Positions 26,304-36,495 of a stretch of DNA of 64,000 bases are shown one piece after another. A program made the translations under genes and the position numbers. This DNA comes from Pseudomonadota bacterium (GTDB lineage: Bacteria > Pseudomonadota > Alphaproteobacteria > Rhizobiales > Beijerinckiaceae), in the NCBI GenBank assembly GCA_021813805.1, contig JAKAJL010000009.1, forward strand, positions 27,594-91,593, written 5' to 3'. Position 1 is the first letter of the stretch; every line of letters begins with the position of its first letter. The notes beneath the pieces were generated by a model. It was not told where the DNA came from, ran no database searches, and saw nothing but the letters and a program-made list of their open reading frames with translations.

Positions 26304-26822
26304 TCAGACATTTTCTCGAACCGAAACGCCGAGCAACTGGTCGATCGTCAGCGGAGCGGCGGAAACTCGCGCCAGCATCATCATGTTGCGCTTGCGGAAT
26401 CGCGGATCGTCCGTCACTTCCCGACCGGCCCAGGGCGGCAAAGGGAACTCTCGGTCTGCGCGGTCGAGTTCTATTTCCGCGATGGCGATTCCCGCGAGCT
26501 GCTTTTCGTAGATATCGACCGACCATTCGAAGCCGACATGAAAAACGCGGTAGCGCAATTTTTCGACAATCAGATCGCCGCCCATCGTCGCCAGCAAGAA
26601 TTCAGCGTCGCTGCGCGGGATGCGATATTCGAATTCGCGGCGCGCAAGGCCGGACGCCGGGCTCTTGATCGCGAGCGACGCGTAGGACTCCGCAAGCCGA
26701 ACGCGAATCTTGCCGCCCTCGAATTCGCCGACAAGCCCGTCGCGAAGACGCTCGACGCTGATGACCTCGTCGCGCCAACCGTCGTTCCGAAGCAGGAATT
26801 TCCGCTCGATTTCAAAATTCAT
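26304..26822 (-). CDS. CYTH-domain protein (triphosphate tunnel metalloenzyme family)
   Basis: The N-terminal signature is MNFEIERKFLL (ExExK). This is followed by alternating beta-strand-like segments with conserved acidic and basic residues (...IRVRL...SLAIKS...REFEYRIP...VEKLRYRV...WSVDIYE...IAEIEL). Confidence 0.8.
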   Translation of the reverse strand: MNFEIERKFLLRNDGWRDEVISVERLRDGLVGEFEGGKIRVRLAESYASLAIKSPASGLARREFEYRIPRSDAEFLLATMGGDLIVEKLRYRVFHVGFEWSVDIYEKQLAGIAIAEIELDRADREFPLPPWAGREVTDDPRFRKRNMMMLARVSAAPLTIDQLLGVSVRENV

Positions 26823-27113
26823 GGGCTGCGGTCGGACATTTCAAATTCTCAGATTTGTAACCTGACTCGCAGAAAATGATGACTGTTTCAAAACGCCGCA
26901 GGCCAAGGGCGCCAACCGGGGGAGAGGCGAATGACACGATCGATGGGGAGCGAGCCTCGGCATGGCCGCCGCTTCGTCGGAATCGAGCGTTCCGGAGATC
27001 GACAAGGCGCGCGCGTCGGGCGTTTCGGCGAAAAGCCCCCGGAGCCCGACGGACGCGTAGGCTGAAGCATGGCGACACGGCCTGGTCCGTTCCGTCGCGC
27101 GGACCTGTCCGAC

Positions 27114-27437
27114 TCAGAAGGGGATCTCGTCCAGCGCCTTGAGACAGGCGGCGTTCTTGCCTTTCGCCTGGAACTGCCTGGCGCGCTCGAGCGCTTCCTG
27201 GGCCCTGGCCATGGCGTCCTTGTCGGCGGCGAGCACGGTCGCCGCCGTCGGCTGACGGTGCATGGTGGCGAAAGCCCCCTCCTTCATGTCCTCCACCGGC
27301 TGGCCGCCGGCCTGCGCCTTGTCGACCAGAGCCTGAAGGCGCGCGATTTCGCTTTGGCAGGTCCGGTCCTGCGCCAGAGCGGCGTCCGGCGCGCACAAAA
27401 GGGTCAAGCCGGAAAAAGCGAACAGGACACGCGACAT
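27114..27437 (-). CDS. small secreted/periplasmic helical protein, function unknown
   Basis: From ATG 27437 the sequence is MSRVLFAFSGLTLLCAPDAALA/QD (signal-peptide-like). The mature part is Ala/Gln/Lys-rich with two Cys. It lies immediately downstream of the PfkB kinase on the same strand. Confidence 0.55.
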   Translation of the reverse strand: MSRVLFAFSGLTLLCAPDAALAQDRTCQSEIARLQALVDKAQAGGQPVEDMKEGAFATMHRQPTAATVLAADKDAMARAQEALERARQFQAKGKNAACLKALDEIPF

Positions 27438-27493
27438 TTTTATCCCCTTTGCGACTGTTCCTTTGCAGGTCTCCGCGCTGCGCGCGGCACCGT

Positions 27494-28396
27494 TCATACC
27501 GCTACAATGTTTTCCCCGTAAAGGCGTTGCATTTCCGCAATGTCGTCCAGATCGGGCAGGCCGGCTTCATTGCCCAGATGCTGGACCTTGAAGGCGGAGG
27601 CCGCGCGGGCGAAATCGAAATGGTCGGCCCAGCGCGCGGTGCGGTTGCGCAGGAATGACGCGAGATAGGCGCCGTGGAACACGTCGCCGGCGCCGGATGT
27701 GTCGATGACTTTTTCGGCGGGCACGCGCAGCGCCGGCATGCGCGAGATTAGCCCGTCCTCGTCGCTCCACAACAGACCGCGCTCGCCCTCGGTAACGGCC
27801 GCGATCTTGACCCCGCGCGAGGCGAGATAGCCCAAGGTTTCGAGCGCGGTCAGCTTGAGCTGGGCGCAAAAGGCCTCCGCCACCACCGCGACGTCGATGT
27901 GATGGAGAACCTCCTCGGTATTGGCGCGGATCGCGCCGCCGTCGAGCGAGGTGAGAAGGCCCTTTTCGCGAAAGACCCTGGCGTAATAGAGGGCGGCGTC
28001 GGCCTGATGCCCGTCGAGATGCAGAGCCTGGTAGCTCTCGACATCGAGCTTCATGAACGGGCGCAGATAGGTCGAGTCCCGGGCGCGAAGAATCGCGCGC
28101 TTGTGGGCGTGGGGCAGGACGAAAGAGAGCGAGGAGCGCGCCACCTTGCGCGGATAGATCGACACGCCATATTTATGCGCCATCTCCCAGAACATTTGAC
28201 CGAGCCAGTCGTCGGACATGGTGGTGAGGAGATCGGTCTGGACGCCGAGCCTGGAGCAGACGAAGGCGGCGGTGACGGCATTGCCGCCGAAGGAGACGGC
28301 GTAATCCTTCGCCACGGCTTTTTCGTCGCCGGTGGGCATGCTGTCGGTGACCATGGTCACGTCGATATAGGAATGTCCGACGAAAAGGGCTGTCAC
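27494..28396 (-). CDS. PfkB/ribokinase-family carbohydrate kinase
   Basis: The C-terminal signature is VIDTSGAGDVFHGAYLASF and the N-terminal region reads ...AVSFGGNAVTAAF. Length is 300 aa. Confidence 0.85.
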   Translation of the reverse strand: MTALFVGHSYIDVTMVTDSMPTGDEKAVAKDYAVSFGGNAVTAAFVCSRLGVQTDLLTTMSDDWLGQMFWEMAHKYGVSIYPRKVARSSLSFVLPHAHKRAILRARDSTYLRPFMKLDVESYQALHLDGHQADAALYYARVFREKGLLTSLDGGAIRANTEEVLHHIDVAVVAEAFCAQLKLTALETLGYLASRGVKIAAVTEGERGLLWSDEDGLISRMPALRVPAEKVIDTSGAGDVFHGAYLASFLRNRTARWADHFDFARAASAFKVQHLGNEAGLPDLDDIAEMQRLYGENIVAV

Positions 28397-28516
28397 GGCA
28401 ATCTCGCGAGTCGGGTTGGCTTTCGCGCCGATTAAATTACAAAATCACCCGCCTGTCTGCCGGCGTTTTACCCAGGCGCGGCGCTCCTAAAATCTGGAAT
28501 CCATCGAAAGCCCACT

Positions 28517-29152
28517 ATGTCCAAGCCCGATCCCTCGCTCGTCGCTCTCGTCTCGCAAGCCGGCGGGCGCTCCGCCGCAACGCCGGTTTCGTCCCTGTTC
28601 ATCGGCCGCTGGTCTCCGCGCGCCATGACCGCCGAGCCTATTCCCGACGAAATCCTTTTCGCTCTGTTCGAGGCGGCGCGCTATGCGCCGTCAAGCCGTA
28701 ATTCCCAGCCCTGGCGCTTTGCCTACGCCCGGCGCGGCGAGCCGGATTTCGCGATCTTTCTGGGCTGCCTGAACGACGACAACAGGGACTGGGCGCGCAA
28801 CGCCTCGGCCCTGGTCATGATCGCCAGCAAGGCCATTTTCACCCTCGAAGGCTCGGCGGAAAAGCACATCTCCAGCTCAGCCTCGTTCGACGCCGGCGCG
28901 GCCTGGGCGAGCCTCGCCTTCCAGGCCGAACTTCTGGGCTGGAGCACGCGGGCCATGGGCGCCTTCGACCGCGATCTCGCCCGCGCCGCGAGCCATGCGC
29001 CGGACACGCTGAAAATCGAAGTCATCGTCGCCATCGGCAAGCGTGGCGACGCCTCGCTGCTGCCGCCGGAACGCCGGTCGTCGGAAAAGCCGAAGCCGCG
29101 CAAGGCCATGGACGAGATCGTCTTCGCCGGCGGCTTTCCCGCCGATTGCTGA
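28517..29152 (+). CDS. nitroreductase-family oxidoreductase
   Basis: RWSPRAMTAEPIPDE...LFEAARYAPSSRNSQPWRF is the classic nitroreductase N-terminal motif. Confidence 0.8.
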   Translation: MSKPDPSLVALVSQAGGRSAATPVSSLFIGRWSPRAMTAEPIPDEILFALFEAARYAPSSRNSQPWRFAYARRGEPDFAIFLGCLNDDNRDWARNASALVMIASKAIFTLEGSAEKHISSSASFDAGAAWASLAFQAELLGWSTRAMGAFDRDLARAASHAPDTLKIEVIVAIGKRGDASLLPPERRSSEKPKPRKAMDEIVFAGGFPADC

Positions 29153-29168
29153 GAGAGGCGGGCGCGTC

Positions 29169-29801
29169 TTGGCTTATAGCGTCAAAGAAATTTTCAAAAC
29201 CCTCCAGGGAGAGGGAGGGCAGGCGGGGCGCGTGGCCGTGTTCTGCCGCTTTGCCGGCTGCAATCTTTGGAGCGGCCGCGAGGAGGATCGCGCCGATGCG
29301 GCCTGCGGTTTCTGCGACACCGATTTCGTCGGGACGGACGGCGAGGGCGGCGGCAAATTCGCCGACGCGCCAGCGCTCGCCCGCGCTTTAAGCGAAATCT
29401 GGGGCAAGGGCAGGGAGGGCCGCTGCGTGGTCTTCACCGGCGGCGAACCGCTGTTGCAACTCGACGCGGCCCTGATCGAGGCGGCCAGAAGGGAAGGGTT
29501 CTTCATCGCGGTGGAAAGCAACGGCGCCCTGGCGCCGCCTGCCGGCGTCGACTGGCTCTGCGTCAGTCCCAAGGCCGGCGCGGCTTTGCGCGCGCGCAAA
29601 GGGCAGGAGCTGAAAGTCGTTTTTCCGCAGGCCGGGCTCGATCCGCGCGAATTCGAATCGCTCGACTTCGAGCGTTTTTTCATCCAGCCGATGGACGGTC
29701 CCGACCGCGCCCGCAATATCGAGGCGGCGATCGCCTTCTGCATGGCCCATCCGCGCTGGCGGCTCAGCCTCCAAACCCACAAGATGATAGGGATTCCGTA
29801 A
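29169..29801 (+). CDS. queE: 7-carboxy-7-deazaguanine synthase (radical SAM)
   Basis: (M)AYSVKEIFKTLQGEGGQAGRVAVFCRFAGCNLWSG...CGFCDTDF is a typical QueE N-terminus. TTG 29169 was chosen because the track ORF from 29043 overlaps the nitroreductase and has an Arg-rich head. Confidence 0.85.
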   Translation: MAYSVKEIFKTLQGEGGQAGRVAVFCRFAGCNLWSGREEDRADAACGFCDTDFVGTDGEGGGKFADAPALARALSEIWGKGREGRCVVFTGGEPLLQLDAALIEAARREGFFIAVESNGALAPPAGVDWLCVSPKAGAALRARKGQELKVVFPQAGLDPREFESLDFERFFIQPMDGPDRARNIEAAIAFCMAHPRWRLSLQTHKMIGIP

Positions 29802-29946
29802 GAGTCTGTGACATAAATGCAATGATCGCAAAAAAACGCACGCTTCCAGACTGCTATCTCTAAGGAATTGATTTGAAACAAAGCAATCGCCGCGCAAGAT
29901 GAAAACACTCTATTGTGGCTAGGGTCTCGCGCGGGGCGGGGCGCGC

Positions 29947-31428
29947 GTGCTGCGGCGTTTTTTGATTCGCTTTTCTCGATTCGCTCTTCTCGACTGGTTC
30001 GGGATATCGGAGGCGTTGACTTTGAAACATCGCAAATGGGCGCGTTTCTTAGGGCTGAGCGTCGCCAGCGCGGTTTCTTTATGCCTGGGCGCCTTCCTGT
30101 CCTATGAAGCCGCCAGGCAGCAGGAGCCAGCGACCCAGTTGCTCGCGGAACAGGCTTTGGCGGCGCCGATTCCCGCCGCCGGGACGCCTGCCGCGCCTTC
30201 GCCGGAAAAGCTCGCCGCCCAGATCCCCGACGCGGCGCCCAAATTCGAGCCCAAGCCCGCGCCTGATGTCGCGGCCGCGCCGCCGAGCGGACCGATCCTG
30301 GCGAGCCTCGACTCCGACGCGCCACCGGTTTTTTCCCCGGCGACCGCGCTGAACCTGCCGGCCGATCTGCGCAGCGACGACGCGCCAGCCTATGTCGAAG
30401 CGTCGCTCACGCCCAGCGACGACGTGACGCCGGCAGCCGCCAAGCCTGAGCCGCTCCCGGCCGAGCCTGAACAGGCGGCCACAAATGACGACCTGTTCCA
30501 TGGCAGACCCGCGCCGTTGCCGCCGGCCCGCCCGACCTTCGTGCCCGGCGGTCTGCCGCCGACGCCGCCGGTTCCGGGGCAGGGGCCCGCGCCCGTTCTT
30601 TCCGCTCCCTCAACGGCTTCAGCCGGACTCGCGTCGCCAACGCCCGGCGCGCAGCAGGCTGGACTCTCCGGCTTCGCCAACGCGTTGGCCGCCATCAGCT
30701 CATCGGTGGGCGGCGCCAGTTCGGCTTTGTCGCCGGCCGAGACGGAGCCAGCGCCCCCGGAAGTCGCGAGCGGCGGTTTCAAGATGGGCGCGCCCGTCTA
30801 TATCCGCATCTTCAAGAAGGAATCGGTGCTCGAGCTGTGGATGAAGCGTGGCGAGACTTACGCTCTGTACAAGACCTTCCCGATCTGCCGCTGGTCGGGC
30901 GGCCTGGGACCCAAGGAGCATGTCGCGGATTACCAGGCGCCGGAAGGTTTTTATGAAATTTCGGCCCGCCAGCTGAACCCGCATTCGCATTATCACCTGG
31001 CGCTCAATCTCGGTTATCCGAACGCCTATGACCGCCGCCATGGCGCCACCGGCGATTCGGTCATGATCCACGGCGATTGCAAATCGGTAGGCTGTTTCGC
31101 CATGACCGACGCCGGAATCGACCAGATCTACCCGATCGTCGCGGCGGCGTTGCGCAATGGCGAGCACGAGGCGCCGGTCCATATTTTCCCCTTCCGGATG
31201 ACGGAACAGGCGATCGCCCGCGAAAGCGCGCCGCCTTCGAACTTGCTCTCCTTCCTCGGGCAGGAAAAAGCGCGCCCGCATCGGGACTGGTCGGCGTTTT
31301 GGCGCAATCTGAAGGAAGGTTACGACCTGTTCGAGCGCTCCCACATCCCGCCGATGGCCTATGCCTGCGGCGACCGCTACGAATTCGGCGACGCGGGCCG
31401 CACCTGCACGCGCATCGCCGGTTGGTGA
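29947..31428 (+). CDS. L,D-transpeptidase (YkuD/YafK-like) with a TM anchor and a long Pro/Ala-rich linker
   Basis: The C-terminal catalytic domain reads ...YQAPEGFYEI...HYHLALNLGYPNAYDRRHGATGDSVMIHGDCKSVGCFAMTD (His...Cys motif). The N-terminal TM helix reads FLGLSVASAVSLCLGAFL. About 230 aa of P/A-rich low complexity lie between them. The start is uncertain. Confidence 0.8.
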   Translation: MLRRFLIRFSRFALLDWFGISEALTLKHRKWARFLGLSVASAVSLCLGAFLSYEAARQQEPATQLLAEQALAAPIPAAGTPAAPSPEKLAAQIPDAAPKFEPKPAPDVAAAPPSGPILASLDSDAPPVFSPATALNLPADLRSDDAPAYVEASLTPSDDVTPAAAKPEPLPAEPEQAATNDDLFHGRPAPLPPARPTFVPGGLPPTPPVPGQGPAPVLSAPSTASAGLASPTPGAQQAGLSGFANALAAISSSVGGASSALSPAETEPAPPEVASGGFKMGAPVYIRIFKKESVLELWMKRGETYALYKTFPICRWSGGLGPKEHVADYQAPEGFYEISARQLNPHSHYHLALNLGYPNAYDRRHGATGDSVMIHGDCKSVGCFAMTDAGIDQIYPIVAAALRNGEHEAPVHIFPFRMTEQAIARESAPPSNLLSFLGQEKARPHRDWSAFWRNLKEGYDLFERSHIPPMAYACGDRYEFGDAGRTCTRIAGW

Positions 31429-31568
31429 GTCCGGTTCCGCCTGAATTCTGCAGGCGCCCGTGATACGACTTCCTGCGAGTAGCGCGGCGCGTCGTCCCCC
31501 GCTACCATCCCGGCGACCGCGAGTCGTTGCGGCTCGCGGAATGAAACTCTTGTCTTGAGGACGGCGCG

Positions 31569-31859
31569 ATGGGAATCGTCGGTATCTGGAAACTCACTTT
31601 GCACACGCCCTTCGGCGTCCAGACACCTTCGCTGCGGATCAACGCCGATGGCACGGGCGGCCTGATTTCTCCGATCGGCGAGGCGCCCCTGCACGATCTT
31701 CAGGTCAACGAAAACAACGCCGAATTCACCGCTCATGTCCCGACGCCGATGGGCAATTTCGCGATCGGCTTCAGCGTCACCGCCAATGGCGACGCGCTCT
31801 CGGGCACATTCACCTCGCCGCTCGGCGCGACCGAATTTTCCGGCCAGCGCGAAGCGTAA
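31569..31859 (+). CDS. small hypothetical protein (96 aa, beta-rich)
   Basis: It has an ATG start, a clean codon bias (G/C at most third positions) and a plausible composition. I recognise no family. Confidence 0.5.
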   Translation: MGIVGIWKLTLHTPFGVQTPSLRINADGTGGLISPIGEAPLHDLQVNENNAEFTAHVPTPMGNFAIGFSVTANGDALSGTFTSPLGATEFSGQREA

Positions 31860-31862
31860 GGG

Positions 31863-32741
31863 TCAGCCGCCCTCGACCTCATCCATGAATGCGGCGATCC
31901 GTTCGAGGGTCGGGGCGTCATTCAAGAACGGCGCGTGGCCCTGACCGGGGACGACATGAAGCTGGCATGCGGAGAGCCGAGCCGCCATTTCGGCGTGGAC
32001 TTCCGCGCTCAGCAGGTCGGAACATTCGCCGCGCAAGGCAAGAACCGGGGCCGTGACGCTGGCGAATTGCGGCCAGAAATCGATGGGCGGCGCAGAAGAA
32101 TCGAAGCTGTCGAGCGTGCGGGCGAGTTGCGGATCATAGGAAAGGCGCATCCGCTCCGGCGTCACGTTCAGCGAATTCTGCGCATAGGTCCGCCAATCGT
32201 CGTCGCTCGCGGCGGGAAAGAAATCGCCCATCGCGCTCTTGTAATGACGAATCGCTGCGTCGAGGTCGCGCAGCAGCGGCAGGCGCCCGATATAGTCCTT
32301 GATCCTGGCCAGGCCCAAGGGTTCGAGGCGTGGTCCGATATCCCCCAGAACGATCGCCTTGACCAGTTCGGGCCGCTGGTTGGCGAGCATGACGGCATGG
32401 AGGCCGCCGCGCGAGACGCCGACGAAGATCGCCGAAGCGACGGCGAGCGCCGCCAGAACCGTCTGAATATCCGCGCTTTCGGTCGGGAAATCGTAATGGG
32501 TCCAGTCGGCGTCCCAGTCCGAGCCGCCGCGCCCGCGATAATCGAGGGCGATGACCTTGCGCCCGCTCCGGGCGCGCAGAAAGCGCGCGAGAACCGCGAA
32601 ATCGCGGGCAGGGCGGGAGAGGCCCGGCAGACAGACCACGGGCGCGCCATTGCTTTGAACCGCCTCGCCTTCCAGGATCAGGGCATGGAGGTTGAGCCCG
32701 TCCCGCGCCTGGAAAAACAGGCTTTGCAACGTCCCGCTCAT
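31863..32741 (-). CDS. alpha/beta-fold hydrolase
   Basis: Motifs present: PVVCLPGLSRPARDF, the nucleophile elbow FVGVSRGG, and the C-terminal ...VPGQGHAPFL. ATG 32741 avoids overlap with smpB. Confidence 0.8.
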   Translation of the reverse strand: MSGTLQSLFFQARDGLNLHALILEGEAVQSNGAPVVCLPGLSRPARDFAVLARFLRARSGRKVIALDYRGRGGSDWDADWTHYDFPTESADIQTVLAALAVASAIFVGVSRGGLHAVMLANQRPELVKAIVLGDIGPRLEPLGLARIKDYIGRLPLLRDLDAAIRHYKSAMGDFFPAASDDDWRTYAQNSLNVTPERMRLSYDPQLARTLDSFDSSAPPIDFWPQFASVTAPVLALRGECSDLLSAEVHAEMAARLSACQLHVVPGQGHAPFLNDAPTLERIAAFMDEVEGG

Positions 32742-32776
32742 TTTCGCTCCTTCCGGCGTTGATCCGTCTGCGCGCC

Positions 32777-33253
32777 TCAGTCGCCGCGCTTTAGCAGCCG
32801 GCTTTTCTCGCGGTTCCAATCGCGCTGCTTCTCGGTTTCGCGCTTGTCGTGCGCCTGCTTGCCGCGCGCCAGCGCGATCTCGATTTTCGCGCGGCCCCGA
32901 TCGTTGAAGTAGAGTTTTAGCGGCACGATCGTCATGCCTTCCCGCTCGACGCCGCGCGCGAGCTTGACGATTTCGCGATGTTTGAGCAGGAGCTTTCGCG
33001 GCCGTTTCGGCTCGTGGTTGAAGCGGTTCCCGGCGAAATATTCGGGAATATTGGCGTTGACCAGCCAGACTTCGCCGTTCTTGTCCACGCTGGCGTAGGC
33101 TTCGGCGATCGTCGACCGACCGGTGCGCAGGCTTTTCACCTCAGTGCCGGTCAGGGCGATCCCGGCCTCGAAACTCTCGCCGATCTCGTAATGATAGCGC
33201 GCCTTTCGGTTGTCGGCGACGATCTTGAAATTTGTTTTCGGTTTTTCCGCCAC
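32777..33253 (-). CDS. smpB: SsrA(tmRNA)-binding protein
   Basis: [14 protein letters not shown]...[13 protein letters not shown]...NANIPEY...[16 protein letters not shown]-like motifs over 158 aa. Confidence 0.95.
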   Translation of the reverse strand: MAEKPKTNFKIVADNRKARYHYEIGESFEAGIALTGTEVKSLRTGRSTIAEAYASVDKNGEVWLVNANIPEYFAGNRFNHEPKRPRKLLLKHREIVKLARGVEREGMTIVPLKLYFNDRGRAKIEIALARGKQAHDKRETEKQRDWNREKSRLLKRGD

Positions 33254-33289
33254 TTGACGCCGGGTCGTCCCGCTCCGTGAGAGTGAGTT

Positions 33290-34186
33290 TTAAGAGGCGA
33301 GAACGCCCGCGTGGGTCATGGCGGCGCGGATCGCTTCGCGCGTCCTATCGGTCGAAGAGACCAAAGGCAGCCGCACGTCCTCCGAGGCCTTGCCCAGAAT
33401 CGACAGCCCGGTCTTGGCCCCGGTGACGCCGGCCTCCAGGAAGGTCGCGGCGTGCAGCGGCGTGAGCCTGTCCTGAATGGCCAGGGCCGTGGCGTAATCG
33501 CCGGCCTCCGCGGCGTTCCAAAGATCGGCGCAGGGGCGGGGGGCAATGTTGGAGACCACCGAAATGCACCCGTTCGCGCCGGCTGCGAAACAGGAAAGCG
33601 CCGTCATGTCGTCGCCGGAAAATTGCAGGAACTCCGGCCCCATGGCATGGCGCTGCAGGGAAATGCGCGCGACATTGCCGGTGGCGTCCTTGACCCCGAT
33701 GATATTGCGCAATTCGCCATAGCAGCGCCTCATCGTGTCGACCGACATGTCGATCACTGAGCGCGGCGGGATGTTGTAGATGACGATCGGAATGCCGATC
33801 GCGTCATCGATGGCCTTGAAATGCCGGAACAGGCCTTCCTGATTGGGCTTGTTGTAATAGGGCGTCACCACGAGCACCGCGTCGGCGCCGGCCTTTTCGG
33901 CATGGACGGCGAGATCGATCGCCTCGGCCGTATTGTTCGACCCGGCGCCGGCGATCACCGGAACACGGCCTCGGGCCTCGGCGACGGCGATCTCGACCAC
34001 GCGCTTGTGCTCGTGATGGGAAAGGGTAGGGCTCTCGCCGGTGGTGCCGACGGGAACGAGGCCGTGAATGCCGCTCTCGATCTGCCAGTCGATCAGGGCG
34101 CGAAAGGCGGCTTCATCGACGGCGCCCTGCCTGAAGGGCGTCACCAGCGCCGTCATCCACCCCCGAATCCGCTTTTCCGTCGCCAT
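33290..34186 (-). CDS. dapA: 4-hydroxy-tetrahydrodipicolinate synthase
   Basis: ALVTPF...[17 protein letters not shown]...[10 protein letters not shown]...TPYYNKP...IGVKDATG (active-site Lys). Start taken at ATG 34186. Confidence 0.95.
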   Translation of the reverse strand: MATEKRIRGWMTALVTPFRQGAVDEAAFRALIDWQIESGIHGLVPVGTTGESPTLSHHEHKRVVEIAVAEARGRVPVIAGAGSNNTAEAIDLAVHAEKAGADAVLVVTPYYNKPNQEGLFRHFKAIDDAIGIPIVIYNIPPRSVIDMSVDTMRRCYGELRNIIGVKDATGNVARISLQRHAMGPEFLQFSGDDMTALSCFAAGANGCISVVSNIAPRPCADLWNAAEAGDYATALAIQDRLTPLHAATFLEAGVTGAKTGLSILGKASEDVRLPLVSSTDRTREAIRAAMTHAGVLAS

Positions 34187-34410
34187 CGCTATGTCCCGTC
34201 CTTCCGCCGCCGCTTTGTCGCCCAACGGGCGCCGCTTTTGGCGGGTTATTAGCCTCGGTCACTCATAGCGGCTGAAAAGGGCGACGAAAAGGGGCGCGTC
34301 AAGCCCGCCATCGCCGAAAAGGGAATTCCGCGCGGCGACGCGTGGTTAACCCGCCGTTAATTTCGTCGGCGCAGGCTTGGCGCCTGACCATTGGACAGCA
34401 AGGCGTTTGA

Positions 34411-36492
34411 ATGCGGATTCTGGGGCTGGATCGGAGGAAGGTGGGCGCGGCTTTGGTCGCAGCCTGCTGTTTGACGATCCCCTACTTTCAGCGCGCGCCA
34501 CGCCGTCTCCCGATTCCTTCGCTCCCGGTCTTCTTTCCGCCGCACGCCCTTCCCTCGACGCAAGCCAGGAGCGACGCCGTCGCGCCCGTCGCGCCCGCCG
34601 CGCCGGCGCATGATCTCTCCGGCGTCGCCGACGCCCTGCGCTATTATGGCGAGGGCGAGATCCTGTCCGGCGACGCCGCGCTGACCACCAAGGACCCGCT
34701 GGTTCGCGACGCCGTGGAATGGACCGTCGTGCGGCTTCATCCCGGCGAGGCCGGGCTGCAGCGCATCGCCGCCTTCCTGCGCGCCCATCCGGACTGGCCC
34801 GCCGCCCAGTTGCGCAAGCGCGGCGAGGAACTGGCGGCGTCCGAAAGCTGCAAGCCGGAGCGCGCCGCCGCTTATTTCGCCGAATTCCCGCCGACGACTC
34901 CGGCTGGCCGCCTGGCCGCCGCCGAACTGATGCGCGGCGATCCCGCCCGCGCCGACGAGGCGGCGCGGATTGCCCGCGACCTGTGGCGCAACGCCGAGCT
35001 TGGCGCGGCGCTCGAAAAACGCCTGCTCAAGAATTTTTCCGGCGCCCTTTCCGCCGCCGACCGCATTTACCGCATCGACCGCCTGGTTCTGCGCGAGCAG
35101 TTCACGGAAGGCGCGCGCGCCGCCCAGGCCGCCGGCAAGGACGGGCAGAAGCTTTTCCGGGCCGAATCCGATCTCGCCCATGGCGCGCCCTGGGCCAAGG
35201 TTTTTCCGCGCGCGCCCGCCACCCTGCGCAACGATGTCGGACTGCTTTACATGCGCATCCATGCAGCGCGCCACGCCGATCATATCGACGAGGCGGCGAC
35301 GCTCGTGATGTCGGCGCCGCGCGACCCGGTCGCGCTGGCGAGTCCCGACGACTGGTGGGTCGAGCGCCGGCTGATCGCGCGCAAATTGCTCGACGCCGGC
35401 GACGCCCGGCGCGCCTACCGCATCTGCGCGGACTATGCGCCGGGGTCCAACGCGACCAATGTCGAAGCCGAATTCACCGCCGGCTGGATCGCGCTGCGCT
35501 TCCTCAACGATCCCGCGCTCGCCGCGCCGCATTTCGATAAACTCGCCCAGATCGCACGCGCGCCCCATTCCGTCGCCCGCGCCGCGTTTTGGCAAGGCCG
35601 GGTCGCCGAGGCGCGTGGCCAGGATCCCCGGCCTTTCTATGCCCGCGCCGCCAACGAGATCGAGACTTTCTACGGGCAGGTCGCCCGCGCCAGGCTCGGC
35701 AAGGAGCCGGTGCTGCTGCGGCCGGCGCCGACGCCGGCGGCCGGCGACGCCCGGGCCGAGGCCGTGCGCGCCGCCGAATTGCTGTTCGATCTTGGCGAGA
35801 CTGACGCCGCGCGCCGGCTCGCGCTCGAAAGCGCCGCGACCATCAGCGGCCCCGAGCAGATGGCGGCGCTGTCGCAACTGATCGAGGCCCGCACCGACGC
35901 GCATACGGCTTTGACGGCCGGCAAGGCGGCGTTCAGGCGCGGTCTGGCCATCGACAGCCTGGCTTTCCCGCTCAATGGCGTGCCAAATTATTCCAACCTC
36001 GCCAACTCCGTCAGCCGCCCGGTCGTCCTCGCCATCGCGCGCCAGGAAAGCGCCTTTGACGCCACAGCCAAATCGGGCGCCGGGGCCTTCGGCCTGATGC
36101 AGATGATCGAGCCCACGGCGCGCAAGGCCGCGCAGAGCGCGGGCGTTGCCTTTGACGAGACGCGGCTGAAGACCGACGCCGCTTTCAGCGCCCAACTCGG
36201 CGCCTTCCACCTCGGCCAGCTCCTCGCCGAATATCGCGGCTGCTATATCCTCGCTTTCGCCGCCTATAACGCCGGCGGCGCCAAGGTTGGCGAGTGGCTC
36301 AAACAATACGGCGACCCGCGCAAGGCCAATGTCGATCCGATCGACTGGATCGAACGCATTCCCTTCACCGAGACCCGCTATTACGTGCAGAAAATCATCG
36401 AAAACCTGCATGTCTATCGCGCGCGGCTCGACGACCCCGCGCCCGATCTCGTCACCGCCGATCTTCGTCAGACCGCCATCGCGCGGAATTAG
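34411..36492 (+). CDS. slt: soluble lytic murein transglycosylase (Slt70-like)
   Basis: The C-terminal SLT domain reads AIARQESAFDATAKSGAGAFGLMQM...AYNAGGAKVGEW. A long superhelical N-terminal region and a signal/anchor-like N-terminus are present. Confidence 0.85.
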   Translation: MRILGLDRRKVGAALVAACCLTIPYFQRAPRRLPIPSLPVFFPPHALPSTQARSDAVAPVAPAAPAHDLSGVADALRYYGEGEILSGDAALTTKDPLVRDAVEWTVVRLHPGEAGLQRIAAFLRAHPDWPAAQLRKRGEELAASESCKPERAAAYFAEFPPTTPAGRLAAAELMRGDPARADEAARIARDLWRNAELGAALEKRLLKNFSGALSAADRIYRIDRLVLREQFTEGARAAQAAGKDGQKLFRAESDLAHGAPWAKVFPRAPATLRNDVGLLYMRIHAARHADHIDEAATLVMSAPRDPVALASPDDWWVERRLIARKLLDAGDARRAYRICADYAPGSNATNVEAEFTAGWIALRFLNDPALAAPHFDKLAQIARAPHSVARAAFWQGRVAEARGQDPRPFYARAANEIETFYGQVARARLGKEPVLLRPAPTPAAGDARAEAVRAAELLFDLGETDAARRLALESAATISGPEQMAALSQLIEARTDAHTALTAGKAAFRRGLAIDSLAFPLNGVPNYSNLANSVSRPVVLAIARQESAFDATAKSGAGAFGLMQMIEPTARKAAQSAGVAFDETRLKTDAAFSAQLGAFHLGQLLAEYRGCYILAFAAYNAGGAKVGEWLKQYGDPRKANVDPIDWIERIPFTETRYYVQKIIENLHVYRARLDDPAPDLVTADLRQTAIARN

Positions 36493-36495
36493 CAA

